Shown: in pieces, positions 28,334-37,450 of the stretch
Position numbering within the stretch: the first letter of the stretch is position 1
How the letters are laid out: every line of letters begins with the position of its first letter
Sequence record: OZ035793.1
DNA length: 45,509 nt
DNA from: Veterinaerplatzvirus T145P1
Reading direction: 5' to 3' (one strand)
Program-made: the position numbers and the translations under genes
Notes under the pieces: generated by a model
Seen by the model: the letters and a program-made list of their open reading frames with translations, nothing else
Told to the model about the DNA's origin: nothing
The model's database searches: none

Positions 28334-30328
28334 ATGTTGCCTATCGAGAAGCTGGTTGCAAATTTCGATAAAGAAAGAATCAAACAGATTCAGAAAGACT
28401 ATCAGTTTGGAGAGATAACCCCTTACGAATTCCAGTGCGTGACATTTGATGCAATCGGAAAGGCTATTGGCAAGTACGAGGCACCATTTATCGCAGACCT
28501 TTCAGTATCTGCGGGTAAGACAATCATTCTTGCCATGATTGGTAAGCGCATGGAGCAGCTTGGGCTTCCCTATATGGTTCTCTCTCGCCAGTCAGAGATT
28601 ATCAGCCAGAACTCAGAAGAGCTTCGTAATTTCGGCATACGTAATAGCGTCTATTGCGCTGGCCTTAACGTCAAATCAGTTTACTACCCAACTATAGTGG
28701 CCAGTGAGGGTACGGCAGCCAACGGCTTGTTTAAGGGGCTTGGTGACTATGTTCCGGCAGTTATCGCTATAGATGAGTGTCACATGGTCGATCACATGGA
28801 TATCGTGGAGGCTGAAGAGAATGAAGAAACATTTGAGCAAATGAGCACAAAGAAAGGCGATATGGTTTTTAAGGATGGCGTAAACACAGGATTGCTTGGT
28901 ACTGGTCGTGCGCAGTACACGCTAATTATCACCGAGATGAAACGTCGTTGTCGTGAGAAGTACGGGCGTGAGCTTCGTATATTCGGTCTTACTGGCAGCC
29001 CGTATCGTAACAACGATCATATCGTCGTTAGCAACCCAAACATCCGTGGATTCTGGCGCAAAACAGTGATTCAGGTGCCAACAAATTATCTGGTTGATTT
29101 GGGCTTCGTTGTTCCTACTGTTTATGGTGAAGTTGGTGACCTGGGTTATGACCTTAGTGAGTTTGCGCCAGACGGAAGCGATGGCGTTAAAGACTTCAGC
29201 AAGAAAGAAATGGATGCAATGGCTGCAAAGATTCACGACAACCAATCAATGACCCAAAAGATAATGGGTTTTGTTGTGAAAATACTCGAGACTCGTAACG
29301 CTGCATTGGTAACATGCGCTGGCAAACTCCATTGTGATGAGGCTGCTGCGGCACTACCAGATGGATACCCTTACGCCATCATCACAGACTCTACGGGAGA
29401 GAGGAAGCGCAGGGAGATTCTGGCTGATTGCCAGACAGGTAAGTACAAAATAATATTCCAGATTGGTTGTCTTACTACGGGCGTAAACCAGCCGCTGTGG
29501 GATACTAGCGTCATACTACGCAAGATTGGCAGCCTAACGCTTATGATTCAGCTTCTTGGTAGGGGGATGCGCAAACTTAAGAGATCTCATATTGATGCTG
29601 GTTTTCATAAAGAAGATCACCTTGTGCTGGATTTTGCTGGCGCACTTGATGATATGGCTGAGCTTTACTTTGACCCAATTATTGAAGAGATTCAGGCTGA
29701 GAAGTTTAAATCCTCAAGAAAAGGTGGCGATGAGGTTCGTCAGTGTCCGCAATGTGGATATGAAAATTCCCCATTCGCTCGTCGCTGTAGCAATAAGATT
29801 GATGGCGTTAGATGCGATCACTTCTTTCAGTTCACAATTTGCGAAGACATTACCGACGCGCAAACTAAATCGGTAATTAAAAAGGGTTGTGGCGCTCGCA
29901 ATGACATAGCAGCAAAGGTTTGCAGGGAATGCGGCGAGATGCTTAAAGACCCAAATGCTAACCTGACTGGCAAAATGTATCGTCGTGGTGATTACCTTCG
30001 TGTTTATGATTTTCAAGTTGGGTTAAGTAAGAATCAGACAGGCATTGTAGTTAAGTACAATATAATGGCTCATAACGGAGAGAGATTTAACGCTTGGGAG
30101 TTCTTTAATCCAGAATCAGACCATCGAGTTTGCAGTGTGCTCTGGAAGAACTTTTGCTTAGCTCATATTGAGAATCGCACGGAAGCGGCACGAATTGGCA
30201 GGCTTAAAAATGCCAGAATGATTATGACTAACGTAGATAAGTTCCGTGCGCCAGTTCAGGTTACGCATCGCCGGAATGCAAAAGGAAAGGACGTGATAGC
30301 GTTTAAGAATTTTGGAGAATTATTATGA
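28334..30328 (+). CDS. SF2 DNA helicase with C-terminal zinc ribbons
   Basis: Walker A SAGKT, DExH-like DECH motif, C-terminal CxxC pairs. Confidence 0.8.
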   Translation: MLPIEKLVANFDKERIKQIQKDYQFGEITPYEFQCVTFDAIGKAIGKYEAPFIADLSVSAGKTIILAMIGKRMEQLGLPYMVLSRQSEIISQNSEELRNFGIRNSVYCAGLNVKSVYYPTIVASEGTAANGLFKGLGDYVPAVIAIDECHMVDHMDIVEAEENEETFEQMSTKKGDMVFKDGVNTGLLGTGRAQYTLIITEMKRRCREKYGRELRIFGLTGSPYRNNDHIVVSNPNIRGFWRKTVIQVPTNYLVDLGFVVPTVYGEVGDLGYDLSEFAPDGSDGVKDFSKKEMDAMAAKIHDNQSMTQKIMGFVVKILETRNAALVTCAGKLHCDEAAAALPDGYPYAIITDSTGERKRREILADCQTGKYKIIFQIGCLTTGVNQPLWDTSVILRKIGSLTLMIQLLGRGMRKLKRSHIDAGFHKEDHLVLDFAGALDDMAELYFDPIIEEIQAEKFKSSRKGGDEVRQCPQCGYENSPFARRCSNKIDGVRCDHFFQFTICEDITDAQTKSVIKKGCGARNDIAAKVCRECGEMLKDPNANLTGKMYRRGDYLRVYDFQVGLSKNQTGIVVKYNIMAHNGERFNAWEFFNPESDHRVCSVLWKNFCLAHIENRTEAARIGRLKNARMIMTNVDKFRAPVQVTHRRNAKGKDVIAFKNFGELL

Positions 30329-30744
30329 AGATTACAGATAAAGAAGATTACATTGAGTTTTACCAGGGTCCGGTTAAGTCATGCCCTAAAGAGGATGACG
30401 AACAAATCTTTTGCTCTGATTGGGTTAAGTATAACTACCCAGATATGGTATTTTTCCATTGCGTGAATGAGGGAAAGAAAACCATTGGTCAAGCAAGAAA
30501 AGACCAGGCTAAGGGGCTTCTAAAAGGCGTATCAGACTGTATGTTTCTTATTCCTGAATCACTTCGAGGTAAGTATCCTTTCGGAGCTATAGAGCTAAAG
30601 AGGGCTGGCAAAACTCAAGCAAGTCCAGTCAGCGAAGAACAGAAAGCATTCCTGAAAAGTGTAATGGAATCAGGCGGTTTCTCGGCAGTCGCCTACGGAC
30701 GTGAGGGTTTTCTTGCAGCATTCAAAGAAATGATTTCAAAATAG
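30325..30744 (+). CDS. VRR-NUC domain nuclease (putative)
   Basis: Small basic protein with D...E.K-like segment (DCMFLIP ... IELKR); start overlaps helicase stop. Confidence 0.5.
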   Translation: MKITDKEDYIEFYQGPVKSCPKEDDEQIFCSDWVKYNYPDMVFFHCVNEGKKTIGQARKDQAKGLLKGVSDCMFLIPESLRGKYPFGAIELKRAGKTQASPVSEEQKAFLKSVMESGGFSAVAYGREGFLAAFKEMISK

Positions 30745-30784
30745 CACGAATTGCTAAAGACGATTTTAAAAGATGGGGTATAGT
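30740..30784 (+). promoter_or_regulatory. composite promoter element
   Basis: AATAGCACGAATTGCTAAAG (includes TAG stop), 22 bp, TATAGTTA, CCATCGAAACGA. Confidence 0.55.
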
Positions 30785-30820
30785 TACTCCATCGAAACGA
30801 AACACAAAGAGAGTAATAAA

Positions 30821-31021
30821 ATGGCTACTATCTACACTGGAAAATTCTACGAATCACGCAAAACTGGTTACGAATATGAGTTGGTCATCACAGAAGATGG
30901 TTACATCCTCATTGATGTAATGGATGGAGATTACTCTTTCGAAGTTAGCCCAACCTACAAGGATGATTTAGAGACTGTTAAAAACGCATTCGGCGAAAAA
31001 TTTGATGAGGTACCAGAATGA
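30821..31021 (+). CDS. hypothetical small protein
   Basis: Start trimmed to ATG 30821 (RBS aagagag); the upstream ATG lies inside the promoter element. Confidence 0.55.
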   Translation: MATIYTGKFYESRKTGYEYELVITEDGYILIDVMDGDYSFEVSPTYKDDLETVKNAFGEKFDEVPE

Positions 31022-31176
31022 GAGTGGTAGTTGTAAACTGGAAAACTGGAGAGGATTCAGAATTCTTCTTCAATACATTCCTGCAATACATTGATAAGTA
31101 TGTTTTCGTTATTGATGGTGAGTGTGAGGTTGTTGTTCCTATTAAGCTAATTGATGGATTGGGAGTATCAGGATAA
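31018..31176 (+). CDS. hypothetical small protein (52 aa)
   Basis: Not in ORF track; ATGA overlap with upstream stop and TAATG overlap with downstream start. Confidence 0.4.
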   Translation: MRVVVVNWKTGEDSEFFFNTFLQYIDKYVFVIDGECEVVVPIKLIDGLGVSG

Positions 31177-31397
31177 TGGCAATTTTTACATTTGAGAATC
31201 AATGGGAAGTGTTTAAGTTAATGGTGTTACAGGAGCTAAATAAAGCAGGATATCAACCAAACCCATATGACCTAGCTGAGTCATTAGACTATAGTTTCGA
31301 GGAAGAATACCTAAACACTGATGTTGAAACATGGCGCGACCGTATGGTCGTTGATATAGAAGAAATGAAAAAAGATTGCCCGGAGGATTTCTTATGA
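31176..31397 (+). CDS. hypothetical protein
   Basis: ORF-track ORF, translationally coupled to neighbours. Confidence 0.5.
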   Translation: MAIFTFENQWEVFKLMVLQELNKAGYQPNPYDLAESLDYSFEEEYLNTDVETWRDRMVVDIEEMKKDCPEDFL

Positions 31398-31594
31398 TTA
31401 ATAATAGACCGTTCGTTGTTACGTTTAAGCCAAGAAACAACACCACACGGATGGATATTGATGAGTACCTTCTAAAGCGCGGGAATAGCTATTTTGTTCT
31501 TGAAATTTCCGCAGACTCAGATAGATACATCGTTAAAAACGATGCGGGTATTGTTGTTAGTGTTTCAAAATTAGATGTGGAGATTGTGAGATGA
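31394..31594 (+). CDS. hypothetical protein
   Basis: Start trimmed to ATG 31394 behind ggagga; ATGA overlap with upstream stop. Confidence 0.5.
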   Translation: MINNRPFVVTFKPRNNTTRMDIDEYLLKRGNSYFVLEISADSDRYIVKNDAGIVVSVSKLDVEIVR

Positions 31595-31785
31595 TTAATG
31601 CAACTTGTGTAAAAGCAAATGGTTTCTTTACTCTACTTGAAGATTACGAAATTATCTTTAATTCAGATGGCGCAATAACAGTATTGAGCGATAATGGATG
31701 CTATTGGTTCGTTAGTTATCAAGGTGACGGGTATTACGGGTGTAGAGATTCGAATGGAAAAGAAGTTAGCTTCTTAGTTGAATAG
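31591..31785 (+). CDS. hypothetical protein
   Basis: ATGA overlap with upstream stop; ends at the TAG that starts a composite promoter element. Confidence 0.5.
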   Translation: MINATCVKANGFFTLLEDYEIIFNSDGAITVLSDNGCYWFVSYQGDGYYGCRDSNGKEVSFLVE

Positions 31786-31825
31786 CACTTTTTGTTAAAA
31801 CTCAAATCCACGTATGGATTATATT
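31781..31825 (+). promoter_or_regulatory. composite promoter element
   Basis: AATAGCACTTTTTGTTAAAA, 22 bp with hairpin ATCCA-cgta-TGGAT, TATATT. Confidence 0.5.
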
Positions 31826-31856
31826 AAGCACATCAACAACACAGGGGGTTAAAAAA

Positions 31857-32057
31857 ATGAAGGCAGTTGTTGTTTACAACAAGAAAGGTCGTAATTACTT
31901 TACTGTTGGGAAAATTTACGATGTTTCACCAGCTTACCCTAAAGATGAAGAACAGTTATTATTTGATGTTACTGACGATGAAGGCGATCGTGTCTCAATA
32001 ATAATTAGCGAATCTGCTGATTGCGCTCATGGTTTCGTTTGGGAGCTTTTAGAATGA
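31857..32057 (+). CDS. hypothetical protein
   Basis: RBS ggggg; own promoter element 31781-31825. Confidence 0.5.
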   Translation: MKAVVVYNKKGRNYFTVGKIYDVSPAYPKDEEQLLFDVTDDEGDRVSIIISESADCAHGFVWELLE

Positions 32058-32179
32058 AAATCGTAGACAAAGAAATGTTTGAAATTGCACAGACTTATGC
32101 AAATGAAGCAGTTAAAACCGGCTCATATTTCTACTGGATGTGCGCTAAAGAATACCTGAAAATGGCTTACGGGTTATGA
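32054..32179 (+). CDS. hypothetical small protein (41 aa)
   Basis: Not in ORF track; ATGA overlaps at both ends. Confidence 0.35.
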   Translation: MKIVDKEMFEIAQTYANEAVKTGSYFYWMCAKEYLKMAYGL

Positions 32180-32424
32180 TAATTGAAACGGGGCGCGCAG
32201 CTGTATGGGCGCATTGTGGGGAGGCTGGATTGCAAGATGGCATTAAGCAGATATCCCGCTTCTTTGAAATAAAAGATATCAGCGTTGTCTTTAATGGTAA
32301 ATTCTCATACATGGATGAGCGACCAAGAAAATACGTAAGAGTTAAGCCAGGTGTCAGGATTGATGTTAATGAATTCCTTAAATCTGAGGGATTCAAGTTT
32401 AAGATAACGAAGCCTAAGGATTAA
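32176..32424 (+). CDS. hypothetical protein
   Basis: ORF-track ORF, ATGA coupling. Confidence 0.5.
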   Translation: MIIETGRAAVWAHCGEAGLQDGIKQISRFFEIKDISVVFNGKFSYMDERPRKYVRVKPGVRIDVNEFLKSEGFKFKITKPKD

Positions 32425-32426
32425 GT

Positions 32427-32678
32427 ATGTTGGGTTTAGATTTTCAGCCAGAGCATTACGATTTAGTATATGGACAAAGTGGCTCTAAGTTTAGAGCGAT
32501 ACCTATTGCTGACTGGTTCCCTCCTGACTATGTTGATGTGAACGCAAAAACTAAAGAAGGTAAGTGGGTGCAGATATACTACTCACCGGCATGTGGAAAC
32601 CTTTGCATGACTGACCTTGACAAAAAATTAGCAATTAGTGCTGATGTGATCGACTACTGGTTGAAAGAAGTTGAATGA
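32427..32678 (+). CDS. hypothetical protein
   Basis: RBS aagga. Confidence 0.5.
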   Translation: MLGLDFQPEHYDLVYGQSGSKFRAIPIADWFPPDYVDVNAKTKEGKWVQIYYSPACGNLCMTDLDKKLAISADVIDYWLKEVE

Positions 32679-32760
32679 CGAGCCTAATGCTAGTAGCATC
32701 GTTACCACTGTTTAGCTTTACTATCTTATACTTTATCGTAATGAATTAAGGAACTTATAA

Positions 32761-33891
32761 ATGGCAACTGCAAAAATTACCAACGAAGAACTACGCGAAG
32801 AACTGGCAAATGGCATGACAAACAAGGCAATAGCAGAGAAATACGGAATGAACATTCGCAACGTTGAATTGCGTCGTAGTAAATTGGCGAAACAAGGTGA
32901 AGGGCATGGTCGCGATGTAAGCAACCTAATCCCTCAAGGCTATGCAGTTAAAGGCGTGTCTAGCCTAATTGGTGCTGATGGCGAGATTAAGCAACAGTGG
33001 GTTAAGTCAGATATAGACAAGGAGAAGCAAGAAGAGATGATGCTTCAGGCAATTCAGGCCCTAACTGATGAGTTGCCTCGTGAGAAACCCAAAGCCTTAA
33101 GGGTTGGTTTGTTTGAGGACACTTTAAGCCTTTACCCCGTATTCGACCTTCACATTGGCGCAATGGCTCACCATGCTGAATGTGGCGAGAACTACAGCAC
33201 TGAAATCGCTGAGCGAATCCTTAATGATTACTTTGATTACGCGGTTGCAAAAGCACCTAACTCAAAGAAGGCCGTATTGCTGATTGGTGGTGACTTCCTT
33301 CACTCTGACGGAATGGAAGCGGTAACACCAACCAGTCGTCATGTTCTTGATCAAGATAGCCGTTATCACAAACTTGTTTACGTAGCAGTGCGAGCGACAC
33401 GTCGAGCAATTAGCCGTATGCTTGATAAGCACGCCGAGGTTGAGGTTCAGATTATTCCAGGTAACCACGATCTCTCAGGTATGATTTGGCTTCGTGCTGC
33501 AATGGCAGCTTTCTATATGGATGAGCCTCGAGTTAATGTTGATGCGTCCCCCGCTGCGCTTCACGTAACGCAATTTGGGAAGACGCTGCTTGGTTACTGC
33601 CATGGGCACGAACTCAAAAAGCCTGATACCCGACTATCAGCACTGGCTCGTGACCATCGCAAAGCATTTGGTGAATCAGAGTATGTTTACACCCATTCAG
33701 GCCACTATCACCATCAAACTATTACGGAAGGAAATCTGGGTATTGATGAATCACACGGCCAGCTTGGAGCGAAAGATGCGTACAGTGCTAACGGAGGTTA
33801 TCGCTCTTACCGACAGGCTTCGGTGATAATTTATAGTCCTGAGTTTGGTGAGATTGGACGATTTACTTGCCGCCCGGAAATGTTTAGTTAA
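32761..33891 (+). CDS. calcineurin-like metallophosphoesterase with N-terminal HTH-like region
   Basis: Motifs FDLH, GGDFLHSD, GNHD, GHE, HSGHYHH; N-terminal TNKAIAEKYGMNIRNVELRR resembles a DNA-binding HTH. Confidence 0.7.
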   Translation: MATAKITNEELREELANGMTNKAIAEKYGMNIRNVELRRSKLAKQGEGHGRDVSNLIPQGYAVKGVSSLIGADGEIKQQWVKSDIDKEKQEEMMLQAIQALTDELPREKPKALRVGLFEDTLSLYPVFDLHIGAMAHHAECGENYSTEIAERILNDYFDYAVAKAPNSKKAVLLIGGDFLHSDGMEAVTPTSRHVLDQDSRYHKLVYVAVRATRRAISRMLDKHAEVEVQIIPGNHDLSGMIWLRAAMAAFYMDEPRVNVDASPAALHVTQFGKTLLGYCHGHELKKPDTRLSALARDHRKAFGESEYVYTHSGHYHHQTITEGNLGIDESHGQLGAKDAYSANGGYRSYRQASVIIYSPEFGEIGRFTCRPEMFS

Positions 33892-33934
33892 TAGCACTTT
33901 TTGCCTAACGCATGCCGTAGAAATGCGGCATAAT
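33890..33934 (+). promoter_or_regulatory. composite promoter element
   Basis: AATAGCACTTTTTGCCTAA, 22 bp with hairpin ATGCCG/CGGCAT, CATAAT, CATCGAAACGA leader. Confidence 0.55.
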
Positions 33935-33975
33935 TACCACATCGAAACGAGATGAACTAAACGAGGAAACACAAA

Positions 33976-34152
33976 ATGACTAAAATGATTTATTGCACCA
34001 AAAACAACTCCAAAACGCTGCCATTTACAGTTAACCAGCCGTACAATGCAGAGTACCAGGGTGATGGATATTACAAGATTTACGGTGACGATATGACGTG
34101 GATTTTAGCGCCGATTGAAGGTTCACTGGTTGAATTTATTATCACTGACTAG
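33976..34152 (+). CDS. hypothetical small protein (58 aa)
   Basis: Not in ORF track; own promoter element 33890-33934 with CATCGAAACGA leader, RBS gagg, strong terminator 34179-34204. Confidence 0.5.
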   Translation: MTKMIYCTKNNSKTLPFTVNQPYNAEYQGDGYYKIYGDDMTWILAPIEGSLVEFIITD

Positions 34153-34178
34153 CACAGAAAAAACATAGCGTTACGCAC

Positions 34179-34204
34179 GGGGGGCCTTTTGGCTCCCCTT
34201 TTTT
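34179..34204 (+). terminator. intrinsic terminator
   Basis: GGGGGGCC-tttt-GGCTCCCC plus T6. Confidence 0.7.
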
Positions 34205-34283
34205 ATGCTTCTTTTCCGAGCATGGCTCCTGTATCATGTTTACACTAACTTAAACATTGACAAATAAATAAATGGAGGATCAC

Positions 34284-34499
34284 ATGAGGGAAGTAATCAA
34301 CGCCGCTACGGCGTCAACTGGAGGGGCAGCGGTAACTGGAGCGGCAACTGGTCAGATGACTATAGCAATAATCAGCCTTATCGCTTTAATCATTTTTGGT
34401 GCGTGGGGTGCTTACTGGAAGTTTAAGGATAGCCAGGCGATTCGGCGCGCTCTTGAATCAGGAGACTTAAAAACAGCAATCAAGATAAGGAGTAAGTAA
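34284..34499 (+). CDS. holin (single-TMD, pinholin-like)
   Basis: Start at second Met of MEDHM dual-start motif behind RBS ggagga; one hydrophobic helix and charged C-terminus; directly upstream of SAR endolysin. Confidence 0.6.
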   Translation: MREVINAATASTGGAAVTGAATGQMTIAIISLIALIIFGAWGAYWKFKDSQAIRRALESGDLKTAIKIRSK

Positions 34500-34985
34500 A
34501 TGAAGCAGAAGCTGCTAATTAGCGCGGCTACGGCTGCGGCAATATACATCGCAGCGCCGCTTATTGAGCTCGTTGAGGGTGTGGAGAACAAGCCTTACAT
34601 GGACATTGCCGGAATCCCTACAGTTTGTTCTGGTATTACTGGTCCTGACGTTGTTTGGGGTAAGACTTACAGCAATAGTGAGTGCCGGAACCTGCTGGAG
34701 AAGCACATCCAGATTCATGGTAAGTATGTTCAGGATGCAGTTACCTACCCAATTGCACCACAGACAAGAGCTGCATTAATCAGCTTTAGCTATAACGTTG
34801 GCGGCAATGCAATGAGGAAGTCTACCGCTGTAAGGCTAATCAACCAGGGTAAAGTTGAGAAGGGTTGCAACGCTCTCGGGATGTGGAACAAAGCAAGAGT
34901 TAACGGAAAGCTGAAGGTAGTTAAAGGCTTGGTGAATCGCAGGAATGAGGAGATTAAGTTATGTTTAAGTGGATTGCAGCGTTAG
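34500..34985 (+). CDS. SAR endolysin (lysozyme-like muramidase)
   Basis: Gly/Ala-rich N-terminal signal-anchor-release segment followed by E-x8-D-x5-T catalytic spacing (ELVEGVENKPYMDIAGIPT). Confidence 0.8.
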   Translation: MKQKLLISAATAAAIYIAAPLIELVEGVENKPYMDIAGIPTVCSGITGPDVVWGKTYSNSECRNLLEKHIQIHGKYVQDAVTYPIAPQTRAALISFSYNVGGNAMRKSTAVRLINQGKVEKGCNALGMWNKARVNGKLKVVKGLVNRRNEEIKLCLSGLQR

Positions 34986-35350
34986 TAGTGTGCGTAGCTT
35001 TATCTGGATGTTCGGCAACTGATGCACTGACTGGATTGATTGGAAGCAAGCCGGAAGTTACAGCTCAGGCCGGGGCTGAGAACAACAAGGTTGGCGTTGG
35101 GTTAACGAATAAGGTCGATTCCAGCAGCTCCAGTGAAGCCACGGTTAAAGATTCTAAAGTTGGGTCACTTGATAGCTCAAGCGGGAAAAAGACTGCTGAC
35201 AACTCGATTAAGGCATCTACAATCACTGCCGAAAAGATTGAGATTACCAACAACGACTCATCCGCGCCTCCATGGATTGTAATGGGAGCTATGGGGTTGC
35301 TGTTTTTTGTTCCACTTACCGCAATCTTAAGACGCAAAAAAGCCTCCTAA
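34961..35350 (+). CDS. unimolecular spanin (u-spanin, T1 gp11-like architecture)
   Basis: N-terminal lipobox LSGC, Ser-rich periplasmic segment and C-terminal TMD followed by RRKK; overlaps endolysin 3' end. Confidence 0.7.
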   Translation: MFKWIAALVVCVALSGCSATDALTGLIGSKPEVTAQAGAENNKVGVGLTNKVDSSSSSEATVKDSKVGSLDSSSGKKTADNSIKASTITAEKIEITNNDSSAPPWIVMGAMGLLFFVPLTAILRRKKAS

Positions 35351-35366
35351 TGGAGGCTATATTTTT
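35336..35366. terminator. bidirectional intrinsic terminator after lysis cassette
   Basis: A5-AGCCTCC-taat-GGAGGCT-ATATTTTT; contains the spanin stop codon. Confidence 0.65.
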
Positions 35367-35700
35367 AGCTAAATAACTCGTCGTCAGTCATTGTTCCTAT
35401 ATTCATCATCTCTTTTATGTACTTGCTTTGATACCCGTTAAGCGCCTCGAAGTTAAACTCAAATGGCCTCTTCAAGCTACCATTGCTAGCAAACTCACCG
35501 CACTTACCATCAATGTATCCCATGCTAAGCATCTTCGCGCAGAACTCCTTTGAAGCCGCGCTGCAAAACTCCCTATGCGATAATCCTGCCGCCTTACTGA
35601 ATCTCTGAGAGTCCTTATGCTGGTAGATGAATCGCGCCAAATGCTGTCGCGTGAAAAAGCTGTAAGATTCGCAGAACCGGTACAAGTCAAGGATGAACAT
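35365..35700 (-). CDS. hypothetical protein
   Basis: Last gene of - strand operon, followed by bidirectional terminator. Confidence 0.5.
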   Translation of the reverse strand: MFILDLYRFCESYSFFTRQHLARFIYQHKDSQRFSKAAGLSHREFCSAASKEFCAKMLSMGYIDGKCGEFASNGSLKRPFEFNFEALNGYQSKYIKEMMNIGTMTDDELFS

Positions 35701-35702
35701 AA

Positions 35703-35789
35703 TTAACTCCTGAGCACTGCCAAAACAAATAGAAGCATCGAAATTGTTACAACAAAACCAAGTATTATCAGTAGTATCGATTCAATCAT
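35703..35789 (-). CDS. tiny hydrophobic peptide (28 aa, MIESILLIILGFVVTISMLLFVLAVLRS)
   Basis: Not in ORF track; RBS gggg, start 3 nt after ATPase stop, stop abuts next start. Confidence 0.35.
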   Translation of the reverse strand: MIESILLIILGFVVTISMLLFVLAVLRS

Positions 35790-35792
35790 AAA

Positions 35793-37376
35793 TCACCCCA
35801 GCAATCTCGGATTAATGTAAACTTTATCACCAATCAGGCACGTATAGTTTTTCTCATCAAGCATTGGCAGTAAGTGATCTTTAATCTTCGTCATCACTCC
35901 AGCCTGAGCCTCGAACGGCTTAACCTTTCGCGCCGCTTCATACAATGAGCGAATGCCAACAACACCCTTACCGTTTTTACCCTGCTTGATCAGGATATCA
36001 ATCAGCTTATTCATCTCGGCATTGTCGCCAGCGTGACCAGCCGCGTTGGCAGATGACAAATAAGTCTTGCTAAGCTCCTGGAACATGATTACAGCTTCTT
36101 GCATGGTATCAAGCTCAATCTCTCTGGATTTCTGTGGACTCCCACCGCTAGGGTTGAACCAGTTGCGCACTGTGTGAAGAACAGCAGCAATCCTGATAGC
36201 CTGCTTATCGAATTTACCCAGCGCGCCGCGCAACATTGTGTGGGAATACTTACCGCCGTCCGCAAGGTGCGGCTCCATTTCCTGACGTGCCCGGTTTAGA
36301 TATTTCATCGCTGAGTTGCTAACCGTCAACTTTACTTCTTGCTCATTCATGATTTCGTGAACCAGGCGGAAGTAGTTAGCCTTAAGCTCACCATCAATTG
36401 GCTCGTAAGTTGAGTTGCCATTCTCATCGACGAATACACGCTCGCCAAGGAATGATTTTTCACGCACAAGTAGAAAACGTTCCGACACACCAATACCACG
36501 AGCACCAGCATTCATGATTGCGTTTATTGTCTCATCTTGCGCAATTACAGAGATGCATCCCATAGCGACGAAGCTCATGTTGTTTTCTGCGTTCGCACGC
36601 GCAATGGACACGTTACCAGCATCCCACGCCTTGAGTACGAGCTCGCTGTTCGTTTTCTTTGAGCCATCACCATAGGTCATACCTAGCAGAGAGTTCACGC
36701 TCGTTGCTTCATCAGAGATAACCGCGAAGTTGCCCTGGCGGTTGTTTATTCGCGCAAGACCTTCAGGCGTCGTATCTGATACTGGAAATACGATATCGCA
36801 CATCTTTTCCAGCTTCTCCTCTAAATCCTCTTTCTCCTCAAAGAGAGACGCCATCTCTGATGGTGACTTTTCCTGCTTCATCTCTTTGGATAATGCAGAC
36901 AGCTTTGCCATAATCTTTTTACGCTCACGCTTTCGCACTTCATTAAGCCGCTCAGTCTCAGCAATCATTGGCGCAATAGAAAGCGAGTTAATTGCTGATT
37001 TACCTGTGGATGGTGGCTGACTGGTTACTACGTATAGAGAGGTCGGTTGCTGGGTTCCGTGATACTCTACTGTAAAACGTCCCAGCATGGCGGCAGAAAT
37101 ACACCCCAGAAAGTGCATATAAGCTGAAGACTCTGGAAATTGAACAGAACGGGCAATATTGGCTGACAGCTTACCAACAACATCAATGTCATTACCGAGT
37201 GAGATTACGGGATACTTGTCATTAGCCGCATCAATCTCAACTGGCGCTTTCCAGAATGATTGAGACTGACGATATCCATTGGCATTAATAGCGACGCGCA
37301 GGGGTGGGAGGTTGTCTGCGGCAGCAATTGCCATAACCTGTTCAACAGATAGCTTATCTTCGTTGAAATCAAACAT
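35793..37376 (-). CDS. P-loop NTPase of unknown role (possibly replication-associated)
   Basis: Walker A QPPSTGKS and Walker B-like FAVISDEA; own promoter element 37407-37450. Confidence 0.5.
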   Translation of the reverse strand: MFDFNEDKLSVEQVMAIAAADNLPPLRVAINANGYRQSQSFWKAPVEIDAANDKYPVISLGNDIDVVGKLSANIARSVQFPESSAYMHFLGCISAAMLGRFTVEYHGTQQPTSLYVVTSQPPSTGKSAINSLSIAPMIAETERLNEVRKRERKKIMAKLSALSKEMKQEKSPSEMASLFEEKEDLEEKLEKMCDIVFPVSDTTPEGLARINNRQGNFAVISDEATSVNSLLGMTYGDGSKKTNSELVLKAWDAGNVSIARANAENNMSFVAMGCISVIAQDETINAIMNAGARGIGVSERFLLVREKSFLGERVFVDENGNSTYEPIDGELKANYFRLVHEIMNEQEVKLTVSNSAMKYLNRARQEMEPHLADGGKYSHTMLRGALGKFDKQAIRIAAVLHTVRNWFNPSGGSPQKSREIELDTMQEAVIMFQELSKTYLSSANAAGHAGDNAEMNKLIDILIKQGKNGKGVVGIRSLYEAARKVKPFEAQAGVMTKIKDHLLPMLDEKNYTCLIGDKVYINPRLLG

Positions 37377-37406
37377 TACTTCTCTCCGTGTTGTTTCTGA
37401 GCGGCC

Positions 37407-37450
37407 ATTATAACAACGACCGCTTATAAAGCATTATCAATTTGTGCTAT
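37407..37450 (-). promoter_or_regulatory. composite promoter element (- strand, ATPase gene)
   Basis: - strand ATAGCACAAATTGATAA, 22 bp, TATAAT with -10 inside hairpin AGCGG...CCGCT. Confidence 0.5.

Noticed and set aside
34272-34283. Longer holin form starting at the first Met of MEDHM as an antiholin
   Set aside because: The extra residues are acidic rather than basic and the first ATG has no RBS; kept as a note only.
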